Shown here in pieces: positions 20,342 through 31,204 of a DNA stretch of 64,000 bases. Both the position numbers and the translations under genes were made by a program. Below the pieces are notes generated by a model. That model made no database searches. It saw only the letters and a program-made list of their open reading frames with translations, and was not told the origin of the DNA. The DNA is taken from the NCBI GenBank assembly GCA_039091335.1, contig JAWCME010000002.1:13263-77262 (forward strand), read 5' to 3'. The stretch comes from Candidatus Aenigmatarchaeota archaeon. GTDB taxonomy: Archaea; Aenigmatarchaeota; Aenigmatarchaeia; CG10238-14; SCSR01. How positions within the stretch are numbered: position 1 is the first letter of the stretch; the number at the start of each line of letters is the position of its first letter.

Positions 20342-20710
20342 GTGAGAATTGTTTTTGACACCAATTTCTTAATCGATATGATAAAGTTTAAGGTGGATAT
20401 AGAAGAAATAGAAGAGCTGGTTGGAAAATGTAATTTTTTTATTTTTGATAGTGTAATAGAGGAGCTAGAAAAAATTGCAAAAACAAGAAAAAAAGATGGT
20501 ATGAACGCGAAGCTCGCGCTAAATTTTTTAAAGTCTAGAAAATTTAAAACAATTAAAACGAAGTTTAAAAGCACAGACGAGGCTATAGTCAATAGTTTAG
20601 AAAAGGATTCAATAGTTGCCACTAACGACTCGGAGTTGAGAAAAATATTAAAAGCTAAAGGAATAAAAACAATTTATTTAAGATCCAAAAAACATTTAGA
20701 GGTAGGTTGA
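20342..20710 (+). CDS. PIN-domain ribonuclease (Fcf1/Utp24-like)
   Basis: VFDTNFL, TDEAI, VATNDSELR; conserved position after eif2g. Confidence 0.85.
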   Translation: MRIVFDTNFLIDMIKFKVDIEEIEELVGKCNFFIFDSVIEELEKIAKTRKKDGMNAKLALNFLKSRKFKTIKTKFKSTDEAIVNSLEKDSIVATNDSELRKILKAKGIKTIYLRSKKHLEVG

Positions 20711-20714
20711 TAAA

Positions 20715-21251
20715 ATGGTAAACTATTGGAAAGAATTGCCCACAGGTCCAAATCCGCCAGAAGAAATATTCATAGTTGTGGAAATACCAAAAGGATGGAG
20801 AAATAAAATAGAGTTTGATAAAGAATTAAATGTTTTTGTCCTTGATAGAGTTTTATATTCTCCCTTTCACTATGACTGGGCAGATTATGGCATAATTCCA
20901 AAGACTTTTTGTGAAGACGGAGACCCAGCAGATGGCTTTGTTTTGATGAGAGAAGGAACCTTTCCTGGTTGTGTGATTAAATGTAGGCCGATTGGGTTGC
21001 TTAAAATGATAGACTCTGGTGAAAAAGATGATAAAATAATAGCAGTACCTTCAAAAGACCCATTTTTTTCAGGAATAAAAGACATTTCAGACATTTCTAG
21101 TCATTTGCTCAAAGAGATTTCACATTTTTTTTCTCACTACAAAGACCTGCAGGAAAAAAAGGTTGAAGTTATAGGGTGGGAAGGGGCCAAAGAAGCAAAG
21201 GAATTTATAAAAAGGGCAAAAGAACTATACAAGGAAAAATTTGGAGATTGA
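20715..21251 (+). CDS. ppa: Inorganic pyrophosphatase (family I)
   Basis: EDGDPAD, DSGEKDDK, FFSHYK. Confidence 0.93.
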   Translation: MVNYWKELPTGPNPPEEIFIVVEIPKGWRNKIEFDKELNVFVLDRVLYSPFHYDWADYGIIPKTFCEDGDPADGFVLMREGTFPGCVIKCRPIGLLKMIDSGEKDDKIIAVPSKDPFFSGIKDISDISSHLLKEISHFFSHYKDLQEKKVEVIGWEGAKEAKEFIKRAKELYKEKFGD

Positions 21252-21252
21252 G

Positions 21253-21813
21253 ATGTATAGAGTTGTTACAGTTGAAGGAAGAATAAGGGTTCCTCCGGAA
21301 AAACTCAACATGAAGGTTAAAGAAGCTGTAAAGGAAAGTATTGCTGATTGGTTTGAAGGAAAAATAGACCAAAGGCTTGGTGTTATACTCTCAGTTGTTT
21401 CTGTTGAAAAAATAGGTGAGGGAAAAATAGTAGCAGGAGACCCAGGAGTTTATTATATGGCCACGTTTAAGCTTCTGACATTTAAGCCAGAATTGCATGA
21501 GATAGTTTATGGAGAAGTAATAGATAACACGGAATTCGGTTCATTTGTTCGTATAGGTCCAATGGACGGTTTGATTCATATCTCTCAGTTAATGGATGAT
21601 TTTGTAAGCTATGACAGCAAAAATTCTGTCTTCCTTGGAAAAGAAACCAAAAAAACGTTGAAAGAAGGAGACAAAGTAAGGGCAAGGATAATATCTGTTT
21701 CTTTGGGAAAAGGCGAGGAAAACAAAATTGGCTTAACGATGAGGCAGAATTTACTTGGTTCATTGAATTGGATAGAGGAGGAGAAGAGGAAGCAGAAGAA
21801 GGGAAGGGAATAA
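21253..21813 (+). CDS. rpoE1: RNA polymerase subunit Rpo7 (E')
   Basis: FGSFVRIGPMDGLIHISQ, KIGLTMRQ. Confidence 0.93.
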   Translation: MYRVVTVEGRIRVPPEKLNMKVKEAVKESIADWFEGKIDQRLGVILSVVSVEKIGEGKIVAGDPGVYYMATFKLLTFKPELHEIVYGEVIDNTEFGSFVRIGPMDGLIHISQLMDDFVSYDSKNSVFLGKETKKTLKEGDKVRARIISVSLGKGEENKIGLTMRQNLLGSLNWIEEEKRKQKKGRE

Positions 21814-21815
21814 AA

Positions 21816-22004
21816 ATGGTTAAAAAAATTCAAGTTTGTAGAAACTGTAGAAGGTTCACGACAGAAACTTTTTGTAATGTTTGTAAGTCTACAAACCTAT
21901 CTACGAGCTGGAAGGGGGTAGTAGTTATATTAAACACAGAAAGTGAGATAGCAAAAACACTAAAAGTTGAAGAGCCAGGAAGATACGCACTTTATGTTGG
22001 ATGA
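21816..22004 (+). CDS. spt4: Transcription elongation factor Spt4 (RpoE'')
   Basis: CxxC..CxxC zinc ribbon, WKG, PGRYAL. Confidence 0.9.
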   Translation: MVKKIQVCRNCRRFTTETFCNVCKSTNLSTSWKGVVVILNTESEIAKTLKVEEPGRYALYVG

Positions 22005-22008
22005 AGCC

Positions 22009-22503
22009 ATGAAAAAAAAGAAAGCAATTTTTATAGGAAGGTTTCAACCAATTCATTTTGGGCATGTTAAAGCAATTAAAGAAGCTATTAAAAGGTTTGA
22101 TTTGACTATTGTTGTGGGTAGTACTAACCAGAAGAGAAGTTTTGAAAACCCATTTTCATTCAAAGAGAGAAAAGAAATGATTTCAAGGGTTTTCAGAGGA
22201 ATTAGAATTGTTGGTGTTCCTGACACCAAAAACAATGGAGAATGGGTCAGGATGGTTAAGAGGAAGGTAAAATTTGATGTTGTTATCTCTGGCAGCAAAT
22301 GGGTAAACAAATGTTTCAAAAGATTTAATATAAGAGTGATTAAACCAAAACATTACAAAAGAAGAATTTTTAAAGGAGAAGAAATAAGGAGGAGGATTGT
22401 TGAGAATAAAAAATGGGTAAAACTTGTTCCAAAGGCCGTTGTTTCTTACATAAGAAAAATTAAAGGAATAGAAAGGATAAAGAAATTATATGGAAAAGCT
22501 TAA
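22009..22503 (+). CDS. Nicotinamide-nucleotide adenylyltransferase (NadM-like)
   Basis: FIGRFQPIHFGH, NPFSFKER. Confidence 0.8.
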   Translation: MKKKKAIFIGRFQPIHFGHVKAIKEAIKRFDLTIVVGSTNQKRSFENPFSFKERKEMISRVFRGIRIVGVPDTKNNGEWVRMVKRKVKFDVVISGSKWVNKCFKRFNIRVIKPKHYKRRIFKGEEIRRRIVENKKWVKLVPKAVVSYIRKIKGIERIKKLYGKA

Positions 22504-23236
22504 GGGAAAAATTGCAATAGTTACTGGCTCAGGTCAGGGAATAGGGAAAGAAATTGTAAAGACATTTGCTTCAGAAGGAGCTAAAGTAATAGTTTCTGAC
22601 ATAACAGATAAGGTATTTGAAGTTGCGAATGAAATAGAAAAAGATGGTTTTGAGGCATTTCCAATAAAATGCGATGTATCTAGTTTTAAAGAAGTTAAAA
22701 AAATGGTTGAAAAAACCATAGAAAGGTTTGGTAAGATTGACATATTAGTTAACAATGCAGGAATATTTCCATTTAAACCATTTACTGAGATGAATGAGGA
22801 GGATTGGAATAGAGTATTAGAAGTAAATTTAAAAGGAACTTTCAATTGTACAAGGGCTGTGATTGAAAAAATGGTTGAACAGAAATATGGAAAAATAATA
22901 AACATTTCTTCTATAGCAGGTACGATAGTAGGATTTGATAAGTTATCTCATTACTGTGCAAGTAAAGCAGGAATAGTTGGTTTTACTCGTGCTCTTGCTT
23001 TAGAGCTTGCTCAATACGGAATAAATGTAAATGCAATTGCTCCAGGTCCAATAGAAACTCCTGGCACCCAAATCCTTGGAAAGGACGTTTATGAAGATAT
23101 TAAGAAAAAAATACCAATGGGGAGGTGGGGGAAGCCAAAGGACATAGCAAACTTAGCTTTGTTTTTAGCTTCAGATGATTCTGATTTTATTACAGGGCAA
23201 TGCATAGTTGCAGATGGTGGATATTCAAATCAATAA
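22490..23236 (+). CDS. SDR oxidoreductase (FabG-like)
   Basis: TGSGQGIG, NNAG, YCASK. Confidence 0.9.
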   Translation: MEKLKGKIAIVTGSGQGIGKEIVKTFASEGAKVIVSDITDKVFEVANEIEKDGFEAFPIKCDVSSFKEVKKMVEKTIERFGKIDILVNNAGIFPFKPFTEMNEEDWNRVLEVNLKGTFNCTRAVIEKMVEQKYGKIINISSIAGTIVGFDKLSHYCASKAGIVGFTRALALELAQYGINVNAIAPGPIETPGTQILGKDVYEDIKKKIPMGRWGKPKDIANLALFLASDDSDFITGQCIVADGGYSNQ

Positions 23237-23237
23237 G

Positions 23238-24170
23238 TTAAGAAAGCTTAGTTAAATATTCATATGCAGAAAGGGCAGCCTTAGCTCCTTCTCCAGCAGC
23301 GATTATTATTTGCTTCCATTTTACGTCTGTCACATCTCCAGCAGCAAAAAGACCAGGAACACTTGTGTTACAGTTTTGGTCTACATCTATTTCATTCTTT
23401 TCGTTTAAAACCAATCCCTCCGGAACTTCAAAACTGATGCTTGGTTCTAATCCAATCTCTACCACAACTCCCCTTACCTTTAAATCAATCCCCTTTTTTG
23501 TTATTAAGTCAATTACTTCTATTCCTTCTACCTTTCCTTCTCCCTTTATTTCATTCACCTTTGTATTGTTAAAAATCTTTACAAACTTCAATTCCTTTAC
23601 TTTTTCTATCAATATCTCATCACCAGTCAATTCAGGAGCAATGTTGATCAAATATATTTTATTTGTAAACTTTGCTAGCTCTAAAACAGCCTGTAAAGCG
23701 GAATTGCCACCACCTATTACTGCGACTGGCTTATCCTTGAAAAATACTGCATCACAAATCGCACAATAAGTTACCCCTTTTCCAATAAGCCTTTTTTCTC
23801 CAGGAACATTAAGGCTACGTGGCTTTTTTCCAGTTGCAATGATAACGCTTTTTGCCCAGTAAACACCGTTTTCTGTTTCTACTTTAAAAAGTTTGTCTAT
23901 CTTCTTTATCGACCGAACCACTTCTTGTATAACCTTTATTTTAAAAACCTTTAGGTGTTCATCAAATCTTCTAACAAGTTCTTGCCCAGGAATCATCGTA
24001 AAGCCAGTATAGTTTTCTACATCAGTAGATAAATTTGCTTGTCCACCTATATCTAGGGTTAAAACAAGTATATCAAGTTTTTTTCTCGCTAGATAAATTG
24101 CTGCTGTTATTCCTGCAGGACCAGCACCAACTATTATAGAATCATAAGGAACTATAGATGCTACTTTCAT
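23238..24170 (-). CDS. trxB: Thioredoxin reductase-like FAD oxidoreductase
   Basis: GAGPAG, CAICD, GGGNSA, AAGD. Confidence 0.88.
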   Translation of the reverse strand: MKVASIVPYDSIIVGAGPAGITAAIYLARKKLDILVLTLDIGGQANLSTDVENYTGFTMIPGQELVRRFDEHLKVFKIKVIQEVVRSIKKIDKLFKVETENGVYWAKSVIIATGKKPRSLNVPGEKRLIGKGVTYCAICDAVFFKDKPVAVIGGGNSALQAVLELAKFTNKIYLINIAPELTGDEILIEKVKELKFVKIFNNTKVNEIKGEGKVEGIEVIDLITKKGIDLKVRGVVVEIGLEPSISFEVPEGLVLNEKNEIDVDQNCNTSVPGLFAAGDVTDVKWKQIIIAAGEGAKAALSAYEYLTKLS

Positions 24171-24190
24171 TCTCTCTAATTAATTTTAAA

Positions 24191-25051
24191 TTAATATCTT
24201 ATAAAATTCTTTATTACATTTGGAATTTCTTCTATTAAATCGCTTGTAATAATACCCTCGCTGTATTTTTTTGCTGCAATTTCTCCACTTTTTCCGTTAA
24301 TGTATGCTGCAGCGCAGGCTGCGGTAAAAACATCTACATTTCTTGCAAGATATGCTCCTAAGATTCCAGCCAAAGTATCACCCATTCCCCCTTTTGTCAT
24401 TACAGGGGAGCCAGTTCTATTTAAAGCAACTTTAGTTCCATCAGAGATCACATCAACATGACCCTTTAACAATATTGTTGTTTTAAGTTTTTTTGCAGTT
24501 TCTCTAACAACCTCAGCCCTTTCTTTTAAATTTTTTGAGACCTTAACCCCAGACAACACATACATTTCAAAGGAGTGGGGGGTAAGAACAAAATTTTTGT
24601 TTTTTATTACCTCCTTTTTTAATGAGATTGCGTGAATTGCATCAGCGTCTATTACACAGGGCAAATCAAGATTTTTAAGATATTCTAAAACAGCATCAAA
24701 AACTTCTTCTTTCCTACAAAGCCCACCTCCTATAACAACAGCACTCTTGTTTTTTGTGAATTCGATTAGCTCTGGCAAATGTTTTTTATTTAAAAACTCT
24801 CCTTTCAAAGGATACGCTATCAAGTCTGGCAAAAAAGATGCTATGATATTTGCAGCCCTTTCCGGTGCAAGTATTGTTACTAAATCTACCCCGGCCCTTA
24901 AAGCGGCCAATGCATTAAATACAGGAGAACCAGAATAATGTTTGCTTCCTCCTATAACCAATAAATGTCCAAAACAATATTTATGCGACCAAGCGTCTCT
25001 CTTCCTATAGATTTTTTTGAGAACACTTTCATTCACTTCAATCATTTTCAT
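24191..25051 (-). CDS. nnrD: NAD(P)HX dehydratase
   Basis: HK..FG, IDADA, LTPH, GGMGDTLAG. Confidence 0.88.
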   Translation of the reverse strand: MKMIEVNESVLKKIYRKRDAWSHKYCFGHLLVIGGSKHYSGSPVFNALAALRAGVDLVTILAPERAANIIASFLPDLIAYPLKGEFLNKKHLPELIEFTKNKSAVVIGGGLCRKEEVFDAVLEYLKNLDLPCVIDADAIHAISLKKEVIKNKNFVLTPHSFEMYVLSGVKVSKNLKERAEVVRETAKKLKTTILLKGHVDVISDGTKVALNRTGSPVMTKGGMGDTLAGILGAYLARNVDVFTAACAAAYINGKSGEIAAKKYSEGIITSDLIEEIPNVIKNFIRY

Positions 25052-25088
25052 AATTTAATTATACTGTTTATTATTAATTAAGAGAGGA

Positions 25089-25580
25089 ATGAAAAAAATA
25101 AGGGTTGGTATCTTTTCATTTACTTGTGATGAAGGATGTAGTATGAGCATACTTGAAATATTAAATAAAAAATTTTTTGAATGGAAGGATTTTATTAAAA
25201 TAGAACATTTCAGGCTTTTGAAATCAAAGAGCAGAACAAAAAATTTAGATGTTGCGTTTATAGAAGGAGCAATATCAACATTTAAAGAAAAGAAAAGTAT
25301 AGAGGAAATAAGAAAAAATTGTAAAAAAATTGTTTTGATTGGGAGCTGTGCAATTAGCGGTTCTCCTTCAAACGCAAGAAATTTTTTTGATGAAGAAAGA
25401 AAAAAAGAGATTCAAGGGATTATTAAAAAATTTGGTCATATGGAAAAGGTTTTTGCGGCGAGTGAAATAATTAAGGCAGACTATTATGTTTTTGGATGTC
25501 CGATAGAAGAAAGGTGTTTTGTTGAGACGATGGAAAAAATTTTAAAGGAATTTGGTGTTAAGGGTGCATCATGGGTTTGA
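25089..25580 (+). CDS. NiFe hydrogenase small subunit, short form (N-terminal domain only)
   Basis: CDEGC, IEGA, IGSCAISG, GCP; no C-terminal Fe-S domain. Confidence 0.8.
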   Translation: MKKIRVGIFSFTCDEGCSMSILEILNKKFFEWKDFIKIEHFRLLKSKSRTKNLDVAFIEGAISTFKEKKSIEEIRKNCKKIVLIGSCAISGSPSNARNFFDEERKKEIQGIIKKFGHMEKVFAASEIIKADYYVFGCPIEERCFVETMEKILKEFGVKGASWV

Positions 25581-26841
25581 GTTGAATATAGATGGTATAA
25601 GTAAGACAGAGGGGCATGCTGGTCTTGAAATAAAAGTAAGGAATAATAAAGTGGAGGAAGTAAAATTAAAGGTAAGCGAGAACAAAAGGTTTTTCACGCA
25701 AGCAGTTAGGGGGAAAAAATTTTATGAGGTTCCAAATTTTCTATCTAGGATATGTGGTACTTGCAGTATTGCACATGTGCTCGCATCCATAGAAGCCATA
25801 GAAAGGGCTTTGGGTATTGAAATTTCACATCAAACAATTGTGCTAAGAAGGTTACTTATGTTTGGTTTGATTATAAGGGACCATGCGATGCATCTCTATT
25901 TTCTTTCCTTGCCAGACGTATTTAAAAAAGATTCTATAATTGAGCTTTTAGAAAAAAAGCCAGAAATTGTAAGAGATGCATTTGAAATCAAGGCTGCTGG
26001 AAACAGCATTAGCAAGCTAGTTGGTGGAAGGGCAATCCACCCCTATCTATGCACCATAGGTGGTTTTTTGAAAATTCCAAAAGAAGAAGAGATAAGAAAA
26101 ACATTGAAAGAATTGAAGGCGATTAGGGAAAAAATTTTCCCACTTCTCGAAATCTTTTACGATTCAAACCTATCTTTTGAAAATGAAACAAACTATGTTG
26201 CCCTTTGCACACCAAGTTTTGACTTTTTGGAAGGTGAAATAAGAAGTTCAGATGGCTTAATCATTCCTGAAGATAGGTTTTGGGATTTTGTAAACAGGGT
26301 TGTTTTGCCTTACTCTCAATCAACAGCCTTCCAATTTTCAGGCAAGCCTTATAGGGTTGGGGCTTTGGCAAGAATAAACTTAAACTCAAAAGCATTGGAT
26401 GAGGATACAAAGAAAGATGTCAAAATTTACTTAAAAAAATTCCCTTCTCACAACATTTTTTATAACAATCTTGCACAAGGAATAGAAATACTTCACTCAA
26501 TAGACGCTTCAATAAAAATACTTGAGGGGTATGATTTCAAGGAAGAAAGAATAAAAGAAATAAAGGTAAAGGAAGGGGAGGGGGTTGGTGTGGTAGAAGC
26601 ACCAAGGGGAACTCTTTATCATATGGTTTACTTGGATTCAGAAGGCAAAGTTAGATTTATGAATCTTGTGATACCAACTGCCCAAAACCAAATCCAAATG
26701 GAGCTTGACATAAGAGATTTAGTGCAGAAAAATTTAGGGAAGAGAAAACACTCAATACAACACAAGGTTGAGGCTTTGATAAGGGCGTATGACCCATGTT
26801 TTAGCTGTGCAAGCCATTTCTTAAAGGTTAGATGGGTCTGA
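25564..26841 (+). CDS. NiFe hydrogenase large subunit (group 3-like)
   Basis: EGH, L1 RICGTCSIAH, EAPRG, L2 DPCFSCASH plus a C-terminal extension. Confidence 0.9.
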   Translation: MHHGFELNIDGISKTEGHAGLEIKVRNNKVEEVKLKVSENKRFFTQAVRGKKFYEVPNFLSRICGTCSIAHVLASIEAIERALGIEISHQTIVLRRLLMFGLIIRDHAMHLYFLSLPDVFKKDSIIELLEKKPEIVRDAFEIKAAGNSISKLVGGRAIHPYLCTIGGFLKIPKEEEIRKTLKELKAIREKIFPLLEIFYDSNLSFENETNYVALCTPSFDFLEGEIRSSDGLIIPEDRFWDFVNRVVLPYSQSTAFQFSGKPYRVGALARINLNSKALDEDTKKDVKIYLKKFPSHNIFYNNLAQGIEILHSIDASIKILEGYDFKEERIKEIKVKEGEGVGVVEAPRGTLYHMVYLDSEGKVRFMNLVIPTAQNQIQMELDIRDLVQKNLGKRKHSIQHKVEALIRAYDPCFSCASHFLKVRWV

Positions 26842-27633
26842 AAGCAAATTTACAAGCTTTTGAACAATGTTTTTTTTCTTTGAAATAGGAATACATATTA
26901 TTTTAAAACTTTCAATAAGTCCCAATCTCTTCAAAATTCTTAGCTCAAAACTTAAATCAAAGTCGTGCATAGAAAAAATCTTTTCTCTTTTTATTCTTTT
27001 AAAATCTTCTATTATCTCAACATTTTTTATTCCTTTTGCGACATCCATTATGATGAGGTTTTTTCCCTCTTTCTCCAAGTTCTCAACAACATCAAAAAAC
27101 GTAAAATTTATCCAAGGAAGTTCATGTTTCAATTTTTTCGCTATGTTTATTGCAACATTGTTTTCCTTCAAAAGAGGATTTCCAAAAACAAGAATCTTAA
27201 TTTTTTCTGGTTTATCTACTATATAATTCCAATGAATAACAACAGCATCTCCTGTTCTAACGTCTAAAAAACTTCTGTATTTTTTAACCTTTCCACAAAC
27301 TTTAACCAAGGGATTTTTTCCTACTTTCAAAACCTTACCAAACTTTACTTTACATTTTTCTCTTATTCCAGGAATTTTATTATGTTCTTTGAGAAAATAC
27401 CTTCTTATCACTTCTTTGTCTATTTTTTTCTTCCCCATTTTTTTCGCAATTTTTTTGAGATAAAAAAGAGCAACTTCAAAAAGTTTTTCATTCCCATCTG
27501 GTATTTTTTCTCCAAACTCATGCAGAAACAAAAGCCTTCTTACTTCTTCTCTCCCTATTTTAATCTTTTTTTTCGGGTTTTCTAGGCAAGGTAATGCATA
27601 GGAGAAAAAAATATTTTTATCTTCAATCTCCAT
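26821..27633 (-). CDS. Fusion of a hydrogenase-associated N-terminal domain and a maturation-protease-like domain
   Basis: C-terminal half ILVFGNPLL...IMDV...SMHDFDL resembles HyaD/HycI; N-terminal half ends in a HypC-like GDAVVIHW. Confidence 0.6.
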   Translation of the reverse strand: MEIEDKNIFFSYALPCLENPKKKIKIGREEVRRLLFLHEFGEKIPDGNEKLFEVALFYLKKIAKKMGKKKIDKEVIRRYFLKEHNKIPGIREKCKVKFGKVLKVGKNPLVKVCGKVKKYRSFLDVRTGDAVVIHWNYIVDKPEKIKILVFGNPLLKENNVAINIAKKLKHELPWINFTFFDVVENLEKEGKNLIIMDVAKGIKNVEIIEDFKRIKREKIFSMHDFDLSFELRILKRLGLIESFKIICIPISKKKNIVQKLVNLLSDPSNL

Positions 27634-27796
27634 TTTCTATCCTTTCCACTGCAAAATTATTCACACAAACAACTCTATCTCCAACCCTTAATCCGTTAAT
27701 CATTGAAATATTTACTCTTGATTTTTTCCCGTTAAAATTTACTAAAGCTATTTTTCCTTTCAATTTTTCAACCTTTCCTATTTTTGAAAAACACAT
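27623..27796 (-). CDS. hypC: Hydrogenase chaperone HypC
   Basis: MC start, ..VGDRVVCVNNFAVE. Confidence 0.75.
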   Translation of the reverse strand: MCFSKIGKVEKLKGKIALVNFNGKKSRVNISMINGLRVGDRVVCVNNFAVERIENGD

Positions 27797-27829
27797 ACTA
27801 AAAATTAATATAAAAGCCATATAAATTAA

Positions 27830-28858
<1,029 letters not shown>

Positions 28859-28866
28859 CGATTAAA

Positions 28867-30081
28867 ATGGAGAAAATTTTTACTTTGGATGATTTTGATT
28901 TTAACGAAAAAACGGTTCTTGTTAGGGTTGACATAAATGTGCCATACGATGCTTCTACGAAAAAAATTGAAGATTCGGAAAGAATTAGGGAGCATGCAAT
29001 AACGATAAAAGAGCTTGCAGAGAAGAATGCTAAGGTTGTAGTTCTTGCGCATCAGGGAAGAAAAGGTGATCCAGATTTTATCAATTTAAATCAACACGCA
29101 TCTCTTTTGAGCAAGCATGTTGGAAAAAAGGTGGAGTTTGTGGATGATGTTGTTGGCGAAAAGGCCATTAATAAAATAAAATCAATGAGAGGGGGAGAAA
29201 TAGTTCTTTTGGATAATGTTAGGTTTTTAGAAGATGAAACTTTAGAGCTATCCCCAAAAGAGCATTCTAAAAGCAAGATTGTAACTGTTTTATCACCAAT
29301 CTCAGATTATTTTGTATTAGACGGTTTTTCTGTTTCCCATCGTTCCCATGCTTCTGTTGTTGGTTTTTCAGAAATTCTGCCTTGTATAGCGGGAAGAATA
29401 ATGGAAAAAGAACTAAAAGCTCTTGAAAAGTTTTTTGTTGCAAAAAACAAGACATTTGTGCTTGGTGGAGCAAAGGTTGAAGAGTGTTTGGATATAATTG
29501 ATTACTTTCTTAAAAAAAAGAAAGAAGAAGTTAGAGTAGTGTTGCTATCTGGTGTTATAGCAGAACTATTTTTAATATCCAAAGGTTATGAATTGGGAAA
29601 AGGAACAAAAGATTTTTTAATAAAAAAAGATTATTTGAAGTTTATACCGCAAATAAAAGAAATCATTCAAAAACATGGAGAAAAAATTGAGCTACCAATA
29701 GATTTTGCTGTTGAGGTAAACGGAGGGAGAAAAGAATTTGACTTGGAGGATTTGCCTGTAGAGCAACAAATTTTAGATATAGGAAAAAAGACTGCGCTCA
29801 AATATTCAAAAGAAATTGAGGCTTCAGAATTTATAATTTTTAAAGGCCCTGCAGGAGTTTATGAGAAGAAGAATTTTGAATTTGGTACTAAAATTCTTTT
29901 AGATGCAATAACAAATTCCAAGGCATTTTCTTTAGCAGGGGGCGGGGATACTCTAACTGCAATAGAAAAATTGAATGTGGATAAAGGCAAATTTTCATAC
30001 ATAAGTCTAGGGGGTGGGGCTTTAATTACATATCTTTCTGGAAAAAATATGCCTGGGATAGAAATATTGAAAAAACTATAA
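28867..30081 (+). CDS. pgk: Phosphoglycerate kinase
   Basis: RVDINVP, AHQGR, GGGDT, SLGGGA. Confidence 0.95.
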   Translation: MEKIFTLDDFDFNEKTVLVRVDINVPYDASTKKIEDSERIREHAITIKELAEKNAKVVVLAHQGRKGDPDFINLNQHASLLSKHVGKKVEFVDDVVGEKAINKIKSMRGGEIVLLDNVRFLEDETLELSPKEHSKSKIVTVLSPISDYFVLDGFSVSHRSHASVVGFSEILPCIAGRIMEKELKALEKFFVAKNKTFVLGGAKVEECLDIIDYFLKKKKEEVRVVLLSGVIAELFLISKGYELGKGTKDFLIKKDYLKFIPQIKEIIQKHGEKIELPIDFAVEVNGGRKEFDLEDLPVEQQILDIGKKTALKYSKEIEASEFIIFKGPAGVYEKKNFEFGTKILLDAITNSKAFSLAGGGDTLTAIEKLNVDKGKFSYISLGGGALITYLSGKNMPGIEILKKL

Positions 30082-30273
30082 CTTCTTTACGATTTCAATT
30101 ATTATTTTGTTTCTCAGCCCTTGGTCTTTAAATACTTCTTCTATTATCATATTCCTTAATTTTTCTTTGTCTATTGATTCCATTAAAATGTTTGTTATTT
30201 TTTCTGTAATTTCTTGACTTGTCTTTGCGCCCTCTACTATAGATTTTATAATTTTTTCATCAACATCTTCCAT
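30076..30273 (-). CDS. Small hypothetical helical protein (65 aa)
   Basis: ATG start; fills the gap between pgk and tpi. Confidence 0.55.
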   Translation of the reverse strand: MEDVDEKIIKSIVEGAKTSQEITEKITNILMESIDKEKLRNMIIEEVFKDQGLRNKIIIEIVKKL

Positions 30274-30295
30274 AGCTATCTATTTAAGATAGATG

Positions 30296-30315
30296 GTAAA
30301 AGATTTATCTTTTAC
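30296..30315. promoter_or_regulatory. Perfect 9-bp inverted repeat between divergent small genes
   Basis: GTAAAAGAT-TT-ATCTTTTAC. Confidence 0.4.
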
Positions 30316-30338
30316 ATTAACTCTTTTTAAATGTTAAA

Positions 30339-30506
30339 ATGGGTTTGACGGAAGAAGTATTTGAAATAATAATTTCCAATTTAAAAAAAGATGAAGAGCT
30401 GTTTAATGAAGTGGTTAATTTCTTAAACAGACAAGAAAAAAGGGAAGTATTAACTGCTTTTTTAAAGAGGGTTTTAATAGAGGCAAGTGAAAAAATCTAT
30501 TCTTGA
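30339..30506 (+). CDS. Small hypothetical protein (55 aa)
   Basis: MGLTEEVFEIIISNLKKDEELFNEVVNFLNRQEKREVLTAFLKRVLIEASEKIYS; read manually. Confidence 0.55.
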   Translation: MGLTEEVFEIIISNLKKDEELFNEVVNFLNRQEKREVLTAFLKRVLIEASEKIYS

Positions 30507-31171
30507 ATAGCTTTAGCGAAATCTTCTAAAACATTTGTTGGTTTTTCCGAATTTACAACAGCAGACGCAACCAATATCCCCTTGGTTCCAAGTTTTAAGG
30601 CTGCTTTAACATCACTACCAGAGCTGATTCCAGCACCACATAAAACCTTGATTCTGGGATTGATCCTTCTAATTTCATCAACAAACTTTTTCACACTGTA
30701 AGCTTTAACCTTTGATATTGCCCTTCCACTTCCAATGAGAAGTGGGTCTTCAAAAGCGATGAAATCTGGACTAAGACGTGCAATTTTTTTTGCCTTTTCC
30801 AAGCTTTCTGAGCAAACAACAGAAACCAAGTCGTATTTTCTTGCTATTTCCAAGCATTTTTCAATTCTACTTAAATCAATTTTTTTCTCAGAATGATTTA
30901 TTATTGTTCCTATTGCCCCAGCTTCTCTTATCGCCATTGCAGTAATGTGTCCAGTATAAGCACCTTCCTCTACAGCATCTATATGTTGTGCAAATACCTT
31001 TACCTTAGTTTTTTCAGAAATAGTTTTAATGTCTGTGTATTGTGGGGCCACTGCTATCTCAACACCATATTTTTTAGAAACCATCTCGCACGCTTTAGCA
31101 ATTTTTAATGCATTCCTTCCCGTTCCTTTCTTATAACATTTAAAATTAACAAGGATTAGCGGAATTTCCAT
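30497..31171 (-). CDS. tpiA: Triosephosphate isomerase (archaeal type)
   Basis: VNFK, AQHID, INHSE, CGAGI, LVASAV. Confidence 0.92.
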   Translation of the reverse strand: MEIPLILVNFKCYKKGTGRNALKIAKACEMVSKKYGVEIAVAPQYTDIKTISEKTKVKVFAQHIDAVEEGAYTGHITAMAIREAGAIGTIINHSEKKIDLSRIEKCLEIARKYDLVSVVCSESLEKAKKIARLSPDFIAFEDPLLIGSGRAISKVKAYSVKKFVDEIRRINPRIKVLCGAGISSGSDVKAALKLGTKGILVASAVVNSEKPTNVLEDFAKAIQE

Positions 31172-31204
31172 AACATTAATTTAATTCTAAATCAAATAAA
31201 TAAT

